This document shows positions 29,487-40,266 of a stretch of DNA of 64,000 nucleotides, piece after piece. Source of the DNA: a virus; the IMG/VR virus record IMGVR_UViG_3300032046_000005, positions 1 to 64,000 of that record. One strand, written 5' to 3'. A program made the position numbers and the translations under genes. The notes beneath the pieces were generated by a model. It was given only the letters and a program-made list of their open reading frames with translations. It was not told the origin of the DNA and did no database searches. Every line of letters begins with the position of its first letter. The first letter of the stretch is position 1.

Positions 29487-31412
29487 ATGATTTTTATGAA
29501 ATCAACAATAAGACTTTTTAAAGCAGTTCTAATAAAAAAGGAAGGAACAAAAGAGAACAACAAAAATATTCTCGATAAAACCATTCCTTATGGCTTTATT
29601 CTTTCTCCTGAAGTTGTTTTTAATTATTCTGAAAATGAATTGAACAACATAATAAATGTTGTCAAGAAAGAATTAATAATATCAGGAGAACAAATGAATG
29701 CAAGTTTTCACAAATCTTGGGAAAAAGTAGCAAATGTAAGTATCGAACAACTCGTTCTCGAACAACTCGTTCATTACTTTACTACTTATGGATTTGAAGC
29801 GTTAGGAATTTATAATGAAGAATCGGTTTATGTTCCAAGTGAAAAACTTGAAATTCCAGAAATTGATGTTGAAGGGTTTCGATTTATAATCATTAAGGGA
29901 TACACGAAAGACGAGTTGAAAACAAAACTTAACACTTTTTTGAATTCTGGTATTGCATTGAAAGAAGAAACCATGAACGATGTGTTAGATGTTGCTACAT
30001 ACCTTGAAATCAACGAAAAAGACATCAAAACTGTTAAAAATAGAGAGATAAAAACCAAACTATACGATTATTTCAACTTATTTCCTGAAAATCCTATTGA
30101 ATTTTTACAGTATTGCATATATAAAGCTACAAATCAAACTTTATTGATTAAAAATAGAGAAACAGTATCAAAAATAAAAATCAATGATAATCTCAACATT
30201 CTTTCTTTGTTTTCTAGATACAAGCAACATTATGGATTTGAACGATTGGCTGAAATATTTTATAGGTTTAAACCCATTTTTCTAGCGTTTCGAACAAATA
30301 GCATGTTGAAAGTTCATATGAATAGAATTCGTAGATTAGCCAAAAGATACCACGATCCAATGAAATTGGACTTTCTTAATAATGTAACTTCAGAAATAAA
30401 AAAATATAATACTTTAGATATTATAGAACTAGAAACTGAATTATCAAAAGTTAATACCTTTAGAAAAATAAGATTAGCATATGCTTTGAAATATAGAACT
30501 CAATATCACGATTCAATTCTTTACCAAATCCGAAATGGTAAAGGATATGCAACTGATTTTTCTCAATATACTACAATTTTTTATGAAGAAGTTTTATCCA
30601 TAGTTCTAGATTCAATTATTGAAGACATCAAACATAATGTCAAAGGCAAGAAAATTTATATTCCAGACTTCATGAACTATGCATTACCTTCAACAGAAAA
30701 ACAGTTTGTTGGAAACTTCCCTTCTGGATCGTTTGTTTCAATACCACACGATATGATCGTTGGTATTCATTGGGAAAATGTCAATCATGATAGAATAGAC
30801 TTGGATTTGTCAATGATATCTCCTACAAGCAAAATAGGTTGGGATCGGTTGTATAGAACAAACGATAGAACCATATTATTTTCTGGAGACATGACAGATG
30901 CTCCAACTCCAAAAGGAACTTCAGAATCGTTTTACATTCGAAAACAAGTTCCAAATTCTTTTATCATGTTTGTTAATTATTTCAATTTCAATTCTGATGT
31001 GAAAGTTCCGTTCAAAATTTTTGTGGCAAAAGAACAAGCTAAGGTTGATATTCAAGACTTTGTAGATAGACCATCTCGAAACTTCATGGTTAATCCCAAC
31101 AACATCTTGTTTTCCATTCCTACATCAATTGATAAGAAACAAAAAATAATTGGACTGCTTACAGTACAACCCAACGAATCTCGTTTTCACTTCGTTGAAA
31201 CCTCAATTGGCAATTCAATTACAAGTCGCAATACAACTTACAACAATCACGCTCAAAAATATCTTCAAGATTTTTATAGTAATCCAATCTCTTTGAATGA
31301 TCTCTTACAAAAAGCAGGAGCAGTTATTGTTCCAAACCAAAACGATGCAGATATTGATCTTTCGGTTGAAAAAATCGAAAAAGATACTGTTCTCAAACTA
31401 TTTCAAAAATAA
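29487..31412 (+). CDS. Large protein with C-terminal TerD-like domain
   Basis: GIHW...DLDLS...GW...FSGDMTDAP...SE TerD-type motifs; helical N-terminal region. Confidence 0.65.
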   Translation: MIFMKSTIRLFKAVLIKKEGTKENNKNILDKTIPYGFILSPEVVFNYSENELNNIINVVKKELIISGEQMNASFHKSWEKVANVSIEQLVLEQLVHYFTTYGFEALGIYNEESVYVPSEKLEIPEIDVEGFRFIIIKGYTKDELKTKLNTFLNSGIALKEETMNDVLDVATYLEINEKDIKTVKNREIKTKLYDYFNLFPENPIEFLQYCIYKATNQTLLIKNRETVSKIKINDNLNILSLFSRYKQHYGFERLAEIFYRFKPIFLAFRTNSMLKVHMNRIRRLAKRYHDPMKLDFLNNVTSEIKKYNTLDIIELETELSKVNTFRKIRLAYALKYRTQYHDSILYQIRNGKGYATDFSQYTTIFYEEVLSIVLDSIIEDIKHNVKGKKIYIPDFMNYALPSTEKQFVGNFPSGSFVSIPHDMIVGIHWENVNHDRIDLDLSMISPTSKIGWDRLYRTNDRTILFSGDMTDAPTPKGTSESFYIRKQVPNSFIMFVNYFNFNSDVKVPFKIFVAKEQAKVDIQDFVDRPSRNFMVNPNNILFSIPTSIDKKQKIIGLLTVQPNESRFHFVETSIGNSITSRNTTYNNHAQKYLQDFYSNPISLNDLLQKAGAVIVPNQNDADIDLSVEKIEKDTVLKLFQK

Positions 31413-31436
31413 TTTTTTTCTTTTTTTTAGTTTTTT
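31413..31436 (+). terminator. Oligo-T archaeal-type terminator (similar tracts at ~29362-29388, 33510-33550, 39188-39232)
   Basis: Consecutive T runs immediately after stop codons. Confidence 0.55.
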
Positions 31437-31447
31437 AACATTTATAA

Positions 31448-32317
31448 GTGAATAGTATGAAAATAGGATTGTATGATGTAGATTCGAAAATACCAAATCT
31501 TCCTCTCATGAAATTAAGTGCTTGGCACAAACAAAAAGGAGATCAAGTAGAAAAATATTCTCCTTTATTTCATTTTTCATATGATAAGATTTATGCATCT
31601 AAAGTTTTTTTTGATTCTAATAAAGGTTATTTGAGAAACGATATGATTATAGGAGGTTCTGGATATAATTTAACTCTAAAATTATCTCATGAAATTGAAC
31701 ATATTTATCCTGATTATGATTTATATAATTGTAAGCATGCAATGGGATTTATAACACGTGGTTGTATTAGAAAATGTGGTTTTTGTATTGTTCCTAGAAA
31801 AGAAGGATATATAAGAAAAAATGCTGATTTATCTGAATTTTGTAAAGAACAAGAAAAAGTAATGTTGTTAGATAATAATATTTTAGCATATGAAAATCAC
31901 ATGGAAGAATTAATAAAATTACAAGATTCTAATAAAAAAATAGATTTTAATCAAGGATTAGATATTCGATTAATTAATGAAGAAAATGCAAATATTTTAA
32001 GAAAAATTAAGATATGGAAAAGCATTCGTTTTGCTTTAGATGATCCAAAATTAATTCCTATTGTTGAAAAAAAATTCGTGTTGTTAAAAAATTTAGGATT
32101 TTCAACATCAACTTTCTTTTTTTATGTATTAATTGGATATAATACAACAGAAAAAGAAGATTTTGAACGAGTTGAATTTTTAAAACAATACAAATGCTCT
32201 ATTTTTATCATGCCATATAAAAAAACATTTTATACTCAAAAATTTGCTCGTTGGGTTAATAGAATGTTTTATAAGTATGAAACTTTTCAAGAATATTTAC
32301 AAGGGAAAAGAACCTGA
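31448..32317 (+). CDS. Radical SAM protein (virus-associated type)
   Basis: PNLPLMKLS N-terminus, TRGCIRKCGFC, LLDNN, DFNQGLD. Confidence 0.85.
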   Translation: MNSMKIGLYDVDSKIPNLPLMKLSAWHKQKGDQVEKYSPLFHFSYDKIYASKVFFDSNKGYLRNDMIIGGSGYNLTLKLSHEIEHIYPDYDLYNCKHAMGFITRGCIRKCGFCIVPRKEGYIRKNADLSEFCKEQEKVMLLDNNILAYENHMEELIKLQDSNKKIDFNQGLDIRLINEENANILRKIKIWKSIRFALDDPKLIPIVEKKFVLLKNLGFSTSTFFFYVLIGYNTTEKEDFERVEFLKQYKCSIFIMPYKKTFYTQKFARWVNRMFYKYETFQEYLQGKRT

Positions 32318-32416
32318 TTTTTAACTTGTTATATTTATTCATTTTAATATACATTTTAAAATGTTCTTGACTTAATAAAATAGTTTATTTTCTATGTTTT
32401 CTATTGTTACATAGAG

Positions 32417-32785
32417 ATGAGTTTTGTAGCAAAGAAAATTCAAAACGAGATCCAAACGAGCAATTTAACAAGCGAAATACTTGATATTTTGAATTGTTCA
32501 AAAAATTTGTTTTTCTCAGCAAAAAGCGTTCGTTTTGAATATTTCAAGAGAAATGGAGTGTTGTTGAGAGGAAGATCGAATTCTTATAACAATATTTACA
32601 ACGATCAACGATTACGAACGGTTTTGGGAGTTAAGATTGGGCATGTCACGCGAAAGTTGAATAGATTAGGATACATTGAACGCGTGAATCGAAACGTGTG
32701 GAAAAAAATCAAGATAATCGATCAAAACGATGTAATGTTATATGGTCTAAAAGAACGAGATGATTTAAATGTCGCTTGTAATTAA
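32417..32785 (+). CDS. Winged-helix-like hypothetical protein
   Basis: C-terminal RKLNRLGYIERV...W wing-like pattern. Confidence 0.4.
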   Translation: MSFVAKKIQNEIQTSNLTSEILDILNCSKNLFFSAKSVRFEYFKRNGVLLRGRSNSYNNIYNDQRLRTVLGVKIGHVTRKLNRLGYIERVNRNVWKKIKIIDQNDVMLYGLKERDDLNVACN

Positions 32786-33122
32786 CGATATGATCGAGAA
32801 TAGTAAGGGGAGAAAAAAAGAAATCTTGCTTGAATTAAAGAAGTTGAACTTAGATGCTTGGGTATTCATGCGTTTGAATTGGCGACACTATAAAGAAAAA
32901 TACAACGATCTTCAACAAACTGATATTTGGAAAGATGCTAGAAAATTACTTGTAGAATATTTCACATATGATAACATTTTCACATGTGGAAAATGTGGTA
33001 AAGTGATGGATTACCGATATTGTTCTCTTCATCATAAATTATATGTTGTCGAGGAGTGCTTTACTCCTGAACATGTAATGTTTGTTTGTTCAGGTTGTCA
33101 CGAAAAAATTCATAATAAATGA
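32769..33122 (+). CDS. HNH-like Zn-binding nuclease
   Basis: CGKCG...LHH..Y...CSGCHEKIH. Confidence 0.7.
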   Translation: MSLVINDMIENSKGRKKEILLELKKLNLDAWVFMRLNWRHYKEKYNDLQQTDIWKDARKLLVEYFTYDNIFTCGKCGKVMDYRYCSLHHKLYVVEECFTPEHVMFVCSGCHEKIHNK

Positions 33123-33634
33123 TTTTTGTTTTTTACTTGAAAACATAAATTTATAAACGAATGAAAATATATATATATTAACAAAGTAGTAAAATAAATG
33201 GAGACGATATGACATTATGACAAAAGTATATTTTATTGATGGAAAAAAACTTGATCTTGATTCTTCAGAATGGGAATTAATCTATTCTGATGGTCGATGG
33301 TCGAGTAGAGGAGTTAATCTTTACTTTCGAAAGAAGGATAACAAGTTCATCTTAGAAAATTGGACAAATTGGCAAGGAGAAAATAGTACGATTGAATTAC
33401 TTGATTCAAAAGGAGTACTTGAATTTTTAACGAATGAACCTCATCCTGCAAGAGCAAATGAAACTATTGAACAATTAGGACTTAAAATAGAAGAGTTTTA
33501 AATCTTAACTTATTTTTTTTCTTTTTTTCTTATAAACTAACTTATTTTTTACCAAACAAAACATTTAAATATTATAATACTTTTCATATTATTAACAATA
33601 TTAATATTATTTAAAATATGAAATGAGGTAAAAA

Positions 33635-33778
33635 ATGATAAAACATATTTTAGTAAAGGAAAATATCCATAGAGTAATAAAAGCAGCAGCAGGGAAGTAT
33701 GATTGCACGCTTGGAAAAGTTATAGAGAAATTAATCAATAAAGAAATTGACTTATCAAGTGAGATGAAAAATGCCTGA
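33635..33778 (+). CDS. Small RHH-like regulator (47 aa, below the track cutoff)
   Basis: GAGG RBS; MIKHILVKENIHRVIKAAA...TLGKVIEKLI; first gene after the TATA box at 33564. Confidence 0.5.
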   Translation: MIKHILVKENIHRVIKAAAGKYDCTLGKVIEKLINKEIDLSSEMKNA

Positions 33779-34337
33779 AAAAAAATGGACAGATAACATA
33801 AATTCTAATGTTGCAAAGGAAATTGATGAATATGTAAGAGGTAAATATGAACTTACAGACGATGAAATTAATACTACAATGCCTAAAGTTGTGGAATTTT
33901 ATAACAAGCATCCAGATGATAAAGATGTATATAGAGATTCAAACGGATGCATTTTGTTGATTCAGACGCCAAAGGTTATTGTAAACGATAAAAATGATGT
34001 AGTGAACAAGTTAATGCCTTTTGATTCCGAATATTCGAAAGACCAGAATTTTTTGCTTAAGGATTGCAAGTTTAGAATTAATGGAGATACGAAAACGATT
34101 GGTTTGTTTGCAACAAAAGAAAAATGGACGCTTATTGAAGGAATTTACGATAAAACTGCATTTATAAAAGTTCCTACATTGACAATGCGATATAAAAAGC
34201 TTGGAGAAAAAGACGATAAAATCAAACCAATGGCATTGAGTAAATTCTTGCAACATTACAAGATAAAATCGCTTGATGAGATTCCAAACGAGTGGTTTGT
34301 TTACTATTCTGCTAACATTACTCAGGTGATAAAGTAA
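33771..34337 (+). CDS. Hypothetical protein, possible SSB-like member of the recombination module
   Basis: Position upstream of the Sak4-like and nuclease genes; function is inference only. Confidence 0.4.
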   Translation: MPEKKWTDNINSNVAKEIDEYVRGKYELTDDEINTTMPKVVEFYNKHPDDKDVYRDSNGCILLIQTPKVIVNDKNDVVNKLMPFDSEYSKDQNFLLKDCKFRINGDTKTIGLFATKEKWTLIEGIYDKTAFIKVPTLTMRYKKLGEKDDKIKPMALSKFLQHYKIKSLDEIPNEWFVYYSANITQVIK

Positions 34338-34339
34338 AA

Positions 34340-34846
34340 ATGTCTAAATGGGAAAAAGGATTGACTATCAAGATTGATGACATGTTTGGAGGTTCTAAAG
34401 AAGATAAGAAAGAAGAACCGAAAAAAGAACCTGAGAAATCAGAAAAAGCATCAGATGAAGACATAGAATTGGTAAGATTGGGAATAGTTCCTGAAATAAT
34501 GGATGCGTTTAGAAAAAAATACAATAGAAATGTTTTTTATACTGGAAAACTCACGAAAGGAGCTTTCGAATGGTATTTATTGAATGCAAAAAAAACTGAT
34601 TTGAAATCAATTGAAAGAGAAAAAATACCTTCTGAATTCAAGACATTATTAGAAAAAACATTAGGAGAAGAAAATGCTTACTTGTTAAAACAGATTGAAG
34701 ACGAAAAAGCATATGGTAAAAAGATGCGAGAAGCGTTGATTTGGCTTTATGAATTTATGAGCGACGAGATGAAATGTGGTCTTTCTAATGCTATAACTGA
34801 AGATGATATAAAAAAAGTAACTATAATTAAAGAGATGATTGATTAA
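34340..34846 (+). CDS. Hypothetical protein
   Basis: GGTGA RBS; operon context. Confidence 0.6.
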   Translation: MSKWEKGLTIKIDDMFGGSKEDKKEEPKKEPEKSEKASDEDIELVRLGIVPEIMDAFRKKYNRNVFYTGKLTKGAFEWYLLNAKKTDLKSIEREKIPSEFKTLLEKTLGEENAYLLKQIEDEKAYGKKMREALIWLYEFMSDEMKCGLSNAITEDDIKKVTIIKEMID

Positions 34847-36180
34847 TGGGAGATTTGTTAGAAAGAATGAAACAAAAAGAACAACCAAAAAAAACATCTA
34901 AAGAAATCATTGAAGAACAAATGAAAGTAATGACTATTCCTATTGATGTAAAAGCATTTAATGAAAGAGCTATGAACAAACCAATTTTAGATCCTTTTGC
35001 AAAAGCAAAACAAACTAAACCAACAATTGAAGAAAAAAAAGAACTTAAAGATCGAATTACACTTGCTAATTCAGATGGAATAGATGCAATTCATGTATTT
35101 GAAGGAAAAGAAATATTTATTCGTTATCTTCCTCACAATACTTGCATGGTTTGTAATAAAAACGAAAGATTTGTATGTGGAGAATCAGCAGGATGTCCTG
35201 TATGTGATAAACTTATGACTGAACAAGAATATCAAGAGTTTGAAAAAAAAATTCAATCTGAAAAACCTAAAATGTTAAATGTTTTTGCTGAAAGTAAAAA
35301 AAAAGAAGAAAAGATCGAACAAAAAGATGTTTTTGTTGAGAAAAAAACTATTCTACCACAGCAAACAAGCACATTTGATTTCAAGACACATCCCATCATT
35401 GCATTATTATGGGGATACGATGGAACAAGTAAATCGGAACAAATCATAAAATTTGAACCTAGAAAAGACACGTTGATATTTGATTTGGAAGATAAACTAA
35501 GACCTCAAGCATCAAAATTAAAATTTCCTCAAGAGAATATTATTAATGCTCGAAAATACAACGAAAAATACAACATTAATGGACCAGATACTTTAGATGC
35601 AATTAGAAAAATCATAGATGAAGTTAAGGAATGTAAAAGAACAGATTCTGGAAGATTTAAAAACATAAAATCAGTAGCAATTGATGGAATTTCAGACATT
35701 AGACCTTATGCTGAACTTGAATGGCTTGAAGAACATCCAGAAAGAAAAAGACCAATGAATGCAGGAGATTGGGGAGAAATCAATGATAAGGTTAGGGATA
35801 TTTGTTTTTCGATGATTAACATGGGAATTGTAACAAACACGAACATATTTTTCACGGCACAAATTGGTTATGATTACAACGAGAAAAAAGAAATTCCAGA
35901 ATGTAAACCGTGGATATGGCATAACATACAACACAAGTTCAAGTTTCGAAGAGATGATGATAATCATCGATTTTATGCGTATTGCGAAAAGAGTTATTAC
36001 GATCCTTTTTTTGATATTGATTTAACCGATTTTTCGAGTGAAAGAAACGAAAAACCCTCGCTTTTGAACATGTTGCAAGATCCTGAGTTGCTAGAAAAGC
36101 ATAAACAAAAATCAGTTGAAAGTTTGAAGGAAATCAGTAAAAAAAAACTTGATAATGTGTTTGGAACTCTAAACAAATAA
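34846..36180 (+). CDS. Sak4/AAA_24-like P-loop recombination ATPase with Zn finger
   Basis: LLWGYDGTSKS (degenerate Walker A), IFDLE, VAIDGISD, DWG, FFTAQ. Confidence 0.7.
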   Translation: MGDLLERMKQKEQPKKTSKEIIEEQMKVMTIPIDVKAFNERAMNKPILDPFAKAKQTKPTIEEKKELKDRITLANSDGIDAIHVFEGKEIFIRYLPHNTCMVCNKNERFVCGESAGCPVCDKLMTEQEYQEFEKKIQSEKPKMLNVFAESKKKEEKIEQKDVFVEKKTILPQQTSTFDFKTHPIIALLWGYDGTSKSEQIIKFEPRKDTLIFDLEDKLRPQASKLKFPQENIINARKYNEKYNINGPDTLDAIRKIIDEVKECKRTDSGRFKNIKSVAIDGISDIRPYAELEWLEEHPERKRPMNAGDWGEINDKVRDICFSMINMGIVTNTNIFFTAQIGYDYNEKKEIPECKPWIWHNIQHKFKFRRDDDNHRFYAYCEKSYYDPFFDIDLTDFSSERNEKPSLLNMLQDPELLEKHKQKSVESLKEISKKKLDNVFGTLNK

Positions 36181-36398
36181 ATGTTTTTTTTAATTTTTTT
36201 AATTTTTAATAAGGTAAAAAATATGAAAATATATATAGAAATGAAAAACAATTGTTATGTTTTTACGATTTATAATGATAATTATTATAAAGAAATTTAT
36301 AATTTTATATTAACTGAAGAAGAATTCATAGATTTTTATGTTCAAATTGAAAAAATCCAAGATTTAAGAATTAATAAAATGATAGAGAAATCGAAAAT

Positions 36399-37328
36399 AT
36401 GATTGAAATACAAATACCTAAGAATTTTGATGTGAATGCTTTTGAATGCCTTCATGAAGGATATGAAGCAGATCTTAAGAAAGGAAACAACATCATTGGA
36501 GCTTCTGAAATTCCATATGGTATGAAAAAGATCGTGATAAAGAAATTGAAAAGTATTGATGATGATACTAATTTTGACAATGAAGGAAACGCAAAAATGT
36601 TGGCAGGAAAGATGTTTGAAGATGCCGTTTGTAAACCTAATGTTTTGGCTAATTTGATTGGAAAAATTAATCAACAATTGAACATCAATCCCAAAAGTAT
36701 GGGAATAGGTTTGAAAGTATCAAAATTAGTAGAAATAGAACCTGGATATTTTTTCAGAATAAGTCCAGATATTCTTACTAATTATTATATTATTGAAATA
36801 AAGACAACGGGAATTTATGCAAGGGAATGGATAAAAGAATTAGCATCACATCAAGTGGCACAGTTGAATGCTCAATTGGGAGTTTTCAACATTGATTTAG
36901 GATTCATATTGAAGGTTAATACTCGTTGGGAACAAGCAAACATAAAAGAAACAGACGATTATTGGAAAAAATTATGGGATTCTTACGGATACTTGATTCC
37001 TTGGAGATTTAATAAAGAACTTTACGATAAAATGATTGAACGATTGATAATTGTAATTGATCACATAAAAGAGAAAAGATGGGATGATGTGCCTTGTCCT
37101 GAATTTCCTTGGGAATGTTATTATTGTAATGAAAACATACGAAAGATATGTGGTAAGGAAGAATATCAATGTTCTGCTCCAAAATGTTATAGGAAAATGT
37201 ATGAATATCCTCGCGAATTAGCTAGAACATTTATCGATTTTCCTCAATGTGAAAACTGTTTCGTGAAAGCTAATCCACATTCAAAATATGCAAAATATAA
37301 ATATTTGAATTACAAGGATAATGAATAA
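36399..37328 (+). CDS. Cas4-like PD-(D/E)XK nuclease
   Basis: ASEI, PDIL...IIEIKT, Q-containing helix, WECYYC...C cluster. Confidence 0.78.
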   Translation: MIEIQIPKNFDVNAFECLHEGYEADLKKGNNIIGASEIPYGMKKIVIKKLKSIDDDTNFDNEGNAKMLAGKMFEDAVCKPNVLANLIGKINQQLNINPKSMGIGLKVSKLVEIEPGYFFRISPDILTNYYIIEIKTTGIYAREWIKELASHQVAQLNAQLGVFNIDLGFILKVNTRWEQANIKETDDYWKKLWDSYGYLIPWRFNKELYDKMIERLIIVIDHIKEKRWDDVPCPEFPWECYYCNENIRKICGKEEYQCSAPKCYRKMYEYPRELARTFIDFPQCENCFVKANPHSKYAKYKYLNYKDNE

Positions 37329-37983
37329 ACACATGAACGCAAACAATAAAAATTGTGTTAATATATCAATTTCTACTCAACCAGATATAATTGATCGGAT
37401 TAATAAATATACAACATATAAAACAAACAACAAATATGCAACAGGAGCAAGCGTGCATTTACCAAGATTTCAAACGAATTATTATTCTGATGTTCCTAAA
37501 GGAGATAAATCGGTTGTTTTTACTAGAATAATAGATAAATATCTTAAAAAATTAGAAAAAAAAGATTTCGAAAAATTGTTTTTATCTAGAAGTGAATTGA
37601 TACGAATGGCAATTACGGACGATATGTTACAACCAATGAGAAAACAAGCATTAACGGAATATTTTAAAGAACAAACATCAAATGAATGTTTATTAAAAAA
37701 ATTTCTTGAATTGTTTCCTTTCCCAATAAGAAAAAGAAAAATGAATTATAACAAACACGTGATATTAGGCAATAGATATCATCCTAATGGTTTGTGGAAA
37801 AAAAATCACGATAAACACGATTTAGAAAAGTTTCAAAGGTTTTGCATAATTCGAGACAAGTTAAAAGATCGAGTTTCTGAAACGGTTTTAAGAAACGATT
37901 TTGAAAAGTTTAACAAACTTTATCAAGACGGAAAAATAGACGATTTAAAACTTTACGATCAACAAAATGAGACGATTAAATAA
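37321..37983 (+). CDS. Putative RHH-containing DNA-binding protein
   Basis: NISIS...IDRI and SRSELIRMAI patterns. Confidence 0.45.
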   Translation: MNKHMNANNKNCVNISISTQPDIIDRINKYTTYKTNNKYATGASVHLPRFQTNYYSDVPKGDKSVVFTRIIDKYLKKLEKKDFEKLFLSRSELIRMAITDDMLQPMRKQALTEYFKEQTSNECLLKKFLELFPFPIRKRKMNYNKHVILGNRYHPNGLWKKNHDKHDLEKFQRFCIIRDKLKDRVSETVLRNDFEKFNKLYQDGKIDDLKLYDQQNETIK

Positions 37984-38448
37984 ATGATAGATGAAAAAAA
38001 GAATTACATGAAAGTAATAAAAAAAGAAGGCAATATAATCGTATTTGAACACGATTTAACTGAAAAATATGACATGTTTATTGAATTAGGATATGCGTTT
38101 GTAGAAAACACGAATTTAGATGATAAACATTCTTTTGACTTGATTTGTAATGGAGGAACATATTGTTCGCCTGGATATAACTTTCCAATACCAGATGCTA
38201 AAAAATTAAAGATTACAATAGAAGTTTTGAAATGATAAATAATATTAGAAAGAAGATGAGTAAAATGAACGATTATGAATTTACCATGTCATTTAGAATA
38301 AAATGGACTCCTTTCAAAAGATGTGACGAATGTTATAAAAGAAAAATTACGAGTTCTTTATACGAAATTCACGACAATGGATTGAATGCTCATATTGATG
38401 CATTTGTTTGTTTAAAATGCACAAGAGAAGCAAAAAAAAGAGCAAAAA

Positions 38449-38787
38449 GTGAAAATGAAGATGATTAAAATGGAATTAAGAAAAATAAAAATCATAACTC
38501 TATGCGGATCTTCTCGATTTGAAGATGATTTTCATAGAATAAATTCAGAATTAACGCTTGAAGGAAACATTGTATTATCGCTAGGAGTGTGGAGACATCA
38601 ATATAAAAGAGAATTGTTTAAAGAAGAAACGGATTTGTTAGATTTATTGCATTACATGAGAATAGACATGTCGGATGCTATTTATGTGGTGAATAAAGAT
38701 GGATATATGGGAGAATCAACAAAGAAAGAAATAATGTATGCTAAAATGAAAGGAAAAGAAGTATATTATATGGAGGAAATTGTATAA
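38449..38787 (+). CDS. Nucleoside 2-deoxyribosyltransferase-like (DUF4406-like) protein
   Basis: ITLCGSSRF, H..RIDMSDAIYVVN..GY.GEST..E. Confidence 0.7.
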   Translation: MKMKMIKMELRKIKIITLCGSSRFEDDFHRINSELTLEGNIVLSLGVWRHQYKRELFKEETDLLDLLHYMRIDMSDAIYVVNKDGYMGESTKKEIMYAKMKGKEVYYMEEIV

Positions 38788-38788
38788 T

Positions 38789-39187
38789 ATGGAAGATTTA
38801 AGATTTTACATTATAGTAAGAACTGATGTTGCATTTAGTATTGGAAAACTACTAGTTCACGTAGGACATTTATGCAGTAAATTAGCAAGTGATTTTTTGT
38901 TTGAATTAGAAAAAGACGATGAAACATATTTGGATCTTCTCAAACGATATACAACATGGTATGGAAATGGAACAACTCAAACCAAGATTGTTTTGAAAGA
39001 ATATGGACTTGAAGATGTAATGTATTACTACGAAAAAGCAAAGCAAAAGAAATTTCCTGCATATTGCATAGAAGATGCTGGATTCTACGAAGTTGAAAAA
39101 GGAACAGTTTTAATGGTTGGAATTGGTCCCATTTCGAAAGAAGAAGCAAAAGAAATTGGATTAGATACGTTGAAACTTTACAAATAA
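38789..39187 (+). CDS. pth2: Peptidyl-tRNA hydrolase, archaeal/eukaryotic type
   Basis: IIVRTD...GKL..HVGH, QTKIVLK, EDAG..EV..GT, VGIGP, C-terminal LKLY. Confidence 0.88.
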   Translation: MEDLRFYIIVRTDVAFSIGKLLVHVGHLCSKLASDFLFELEKDDETYLDLLKRYTTWYGNGTTQTKIVLKEYGLEDVMYYYEKAKQKKFPAYCIEDAGFYEVEKGTVLMVGIGPISKEEAKEIGLDTLKLYK

Positions 39188-39532
39188 TTTTTTCAGTTTT
39201 TTCTTTTTTTTTTTAACATTTTAAACTTTTTATAGAAATACAAACATTTAAATATTCACATTCATATATATTTCTTAGTGATTTTGATATGAATTCTAAA
39301 ATGAATACTTATTTGAATGTTATTGTCGAAGAATTATTGTTTGCAGAAGTTCACGATGATAACGAAAATTTGAAATGGCTTCGATGTGAACTTACCATTC
39401 AATTGCAACCAATACTTATTAATAACATGTTTGAAAATGCTCTTCGAATGGTTAATAGTGATATATTTAAGATGAAAATGAAAGAAGATTTACAAAAAAT
39501 AAGAGAAGAATTAAATAAAGAGAAAAAGAAAA

Positions 39533-39799
39533 ATGTTAAATGAACCAAAAAAAATATCGTGTTGTAAGAAATGTGGAAAACCTTTAACTCGTTTAGAATC
39601 GATTGAACGAGGTATGGGTCCAATATGTTTTGGAGAAAATTACAAGAAATCAACTATTAAACGCGAAAAAAAGACATCTTCAAAAAGTAAGAGAAATATA
39701 CGAAGAAAAAAAACTATTGAAAAAAACGATAAAAAACAATTGAATTTAGACATTTTTTTATTTGATGATGAAATAAACAAAAAAAGAAGTGAAACATGA
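39533..39799 (+). CDS. DUF6011-like Zn-finger protein
   Basis: CKKCGKPLT..ESIERGMGPIC. Confidence 0.75.
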   Translation: MLNEPKKISCCKKCGKPLTRLESIERGMGPICFGENYKKSTIKREKKTSSKSKRNIRRKKTIEKNDKKQLNLDIFLFDDEINKKRSET

Positions 39800-39987
39800 A
39801 AATGGTTGGTAATCAAAATTCAGGAAGAAGATCGATCTTCAATAATCCAATTGATGTTCGATTTCAAATGGAAAAAGAAGATGTTGACAAGTTAAATGCA
39901 ATAGCAGAGAAATACACTAAAAACAATCGTTCTGAATTGATAATGAAAACATTAAAGAAGATGATTGATAAATATGAGTCTAGATAA
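39796..39987 (+). CDS. RHH transcriptional regulator
   Basis: VRFQM...KLNAIA...NRSELI. Confidence 0.65.
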   Translation: MKMVGNQNSGRRSIFNNPIDVRFQMEKEDVDKLNAIAEKYTKNNRSELIMKTLKKMIDKYESR

Positions 39988-40266
39988 TTTTTTGAACGAT
40001 GTTTTTGGTAATACGAGTGAAAATGGACGAAATAAACAAAAAATTGAGAAAACAAAACAACAATATAAAAAACAAGTATCAAAATCAATAAGAATATCAG
40101 AAAGCGATTGCAACGATCTTATTATAGCATTAAATTACGCTATTAATTCGATTAAAAATAAAGATGATGTTAAGAAATGTGTTATAAATTCAACAAGATA
40201 TGAATTTTTTCTCCGATGGACAAAGATTCGAGAAAAATTTAAAAAAATAAAAGAAAATAAAAAAAA

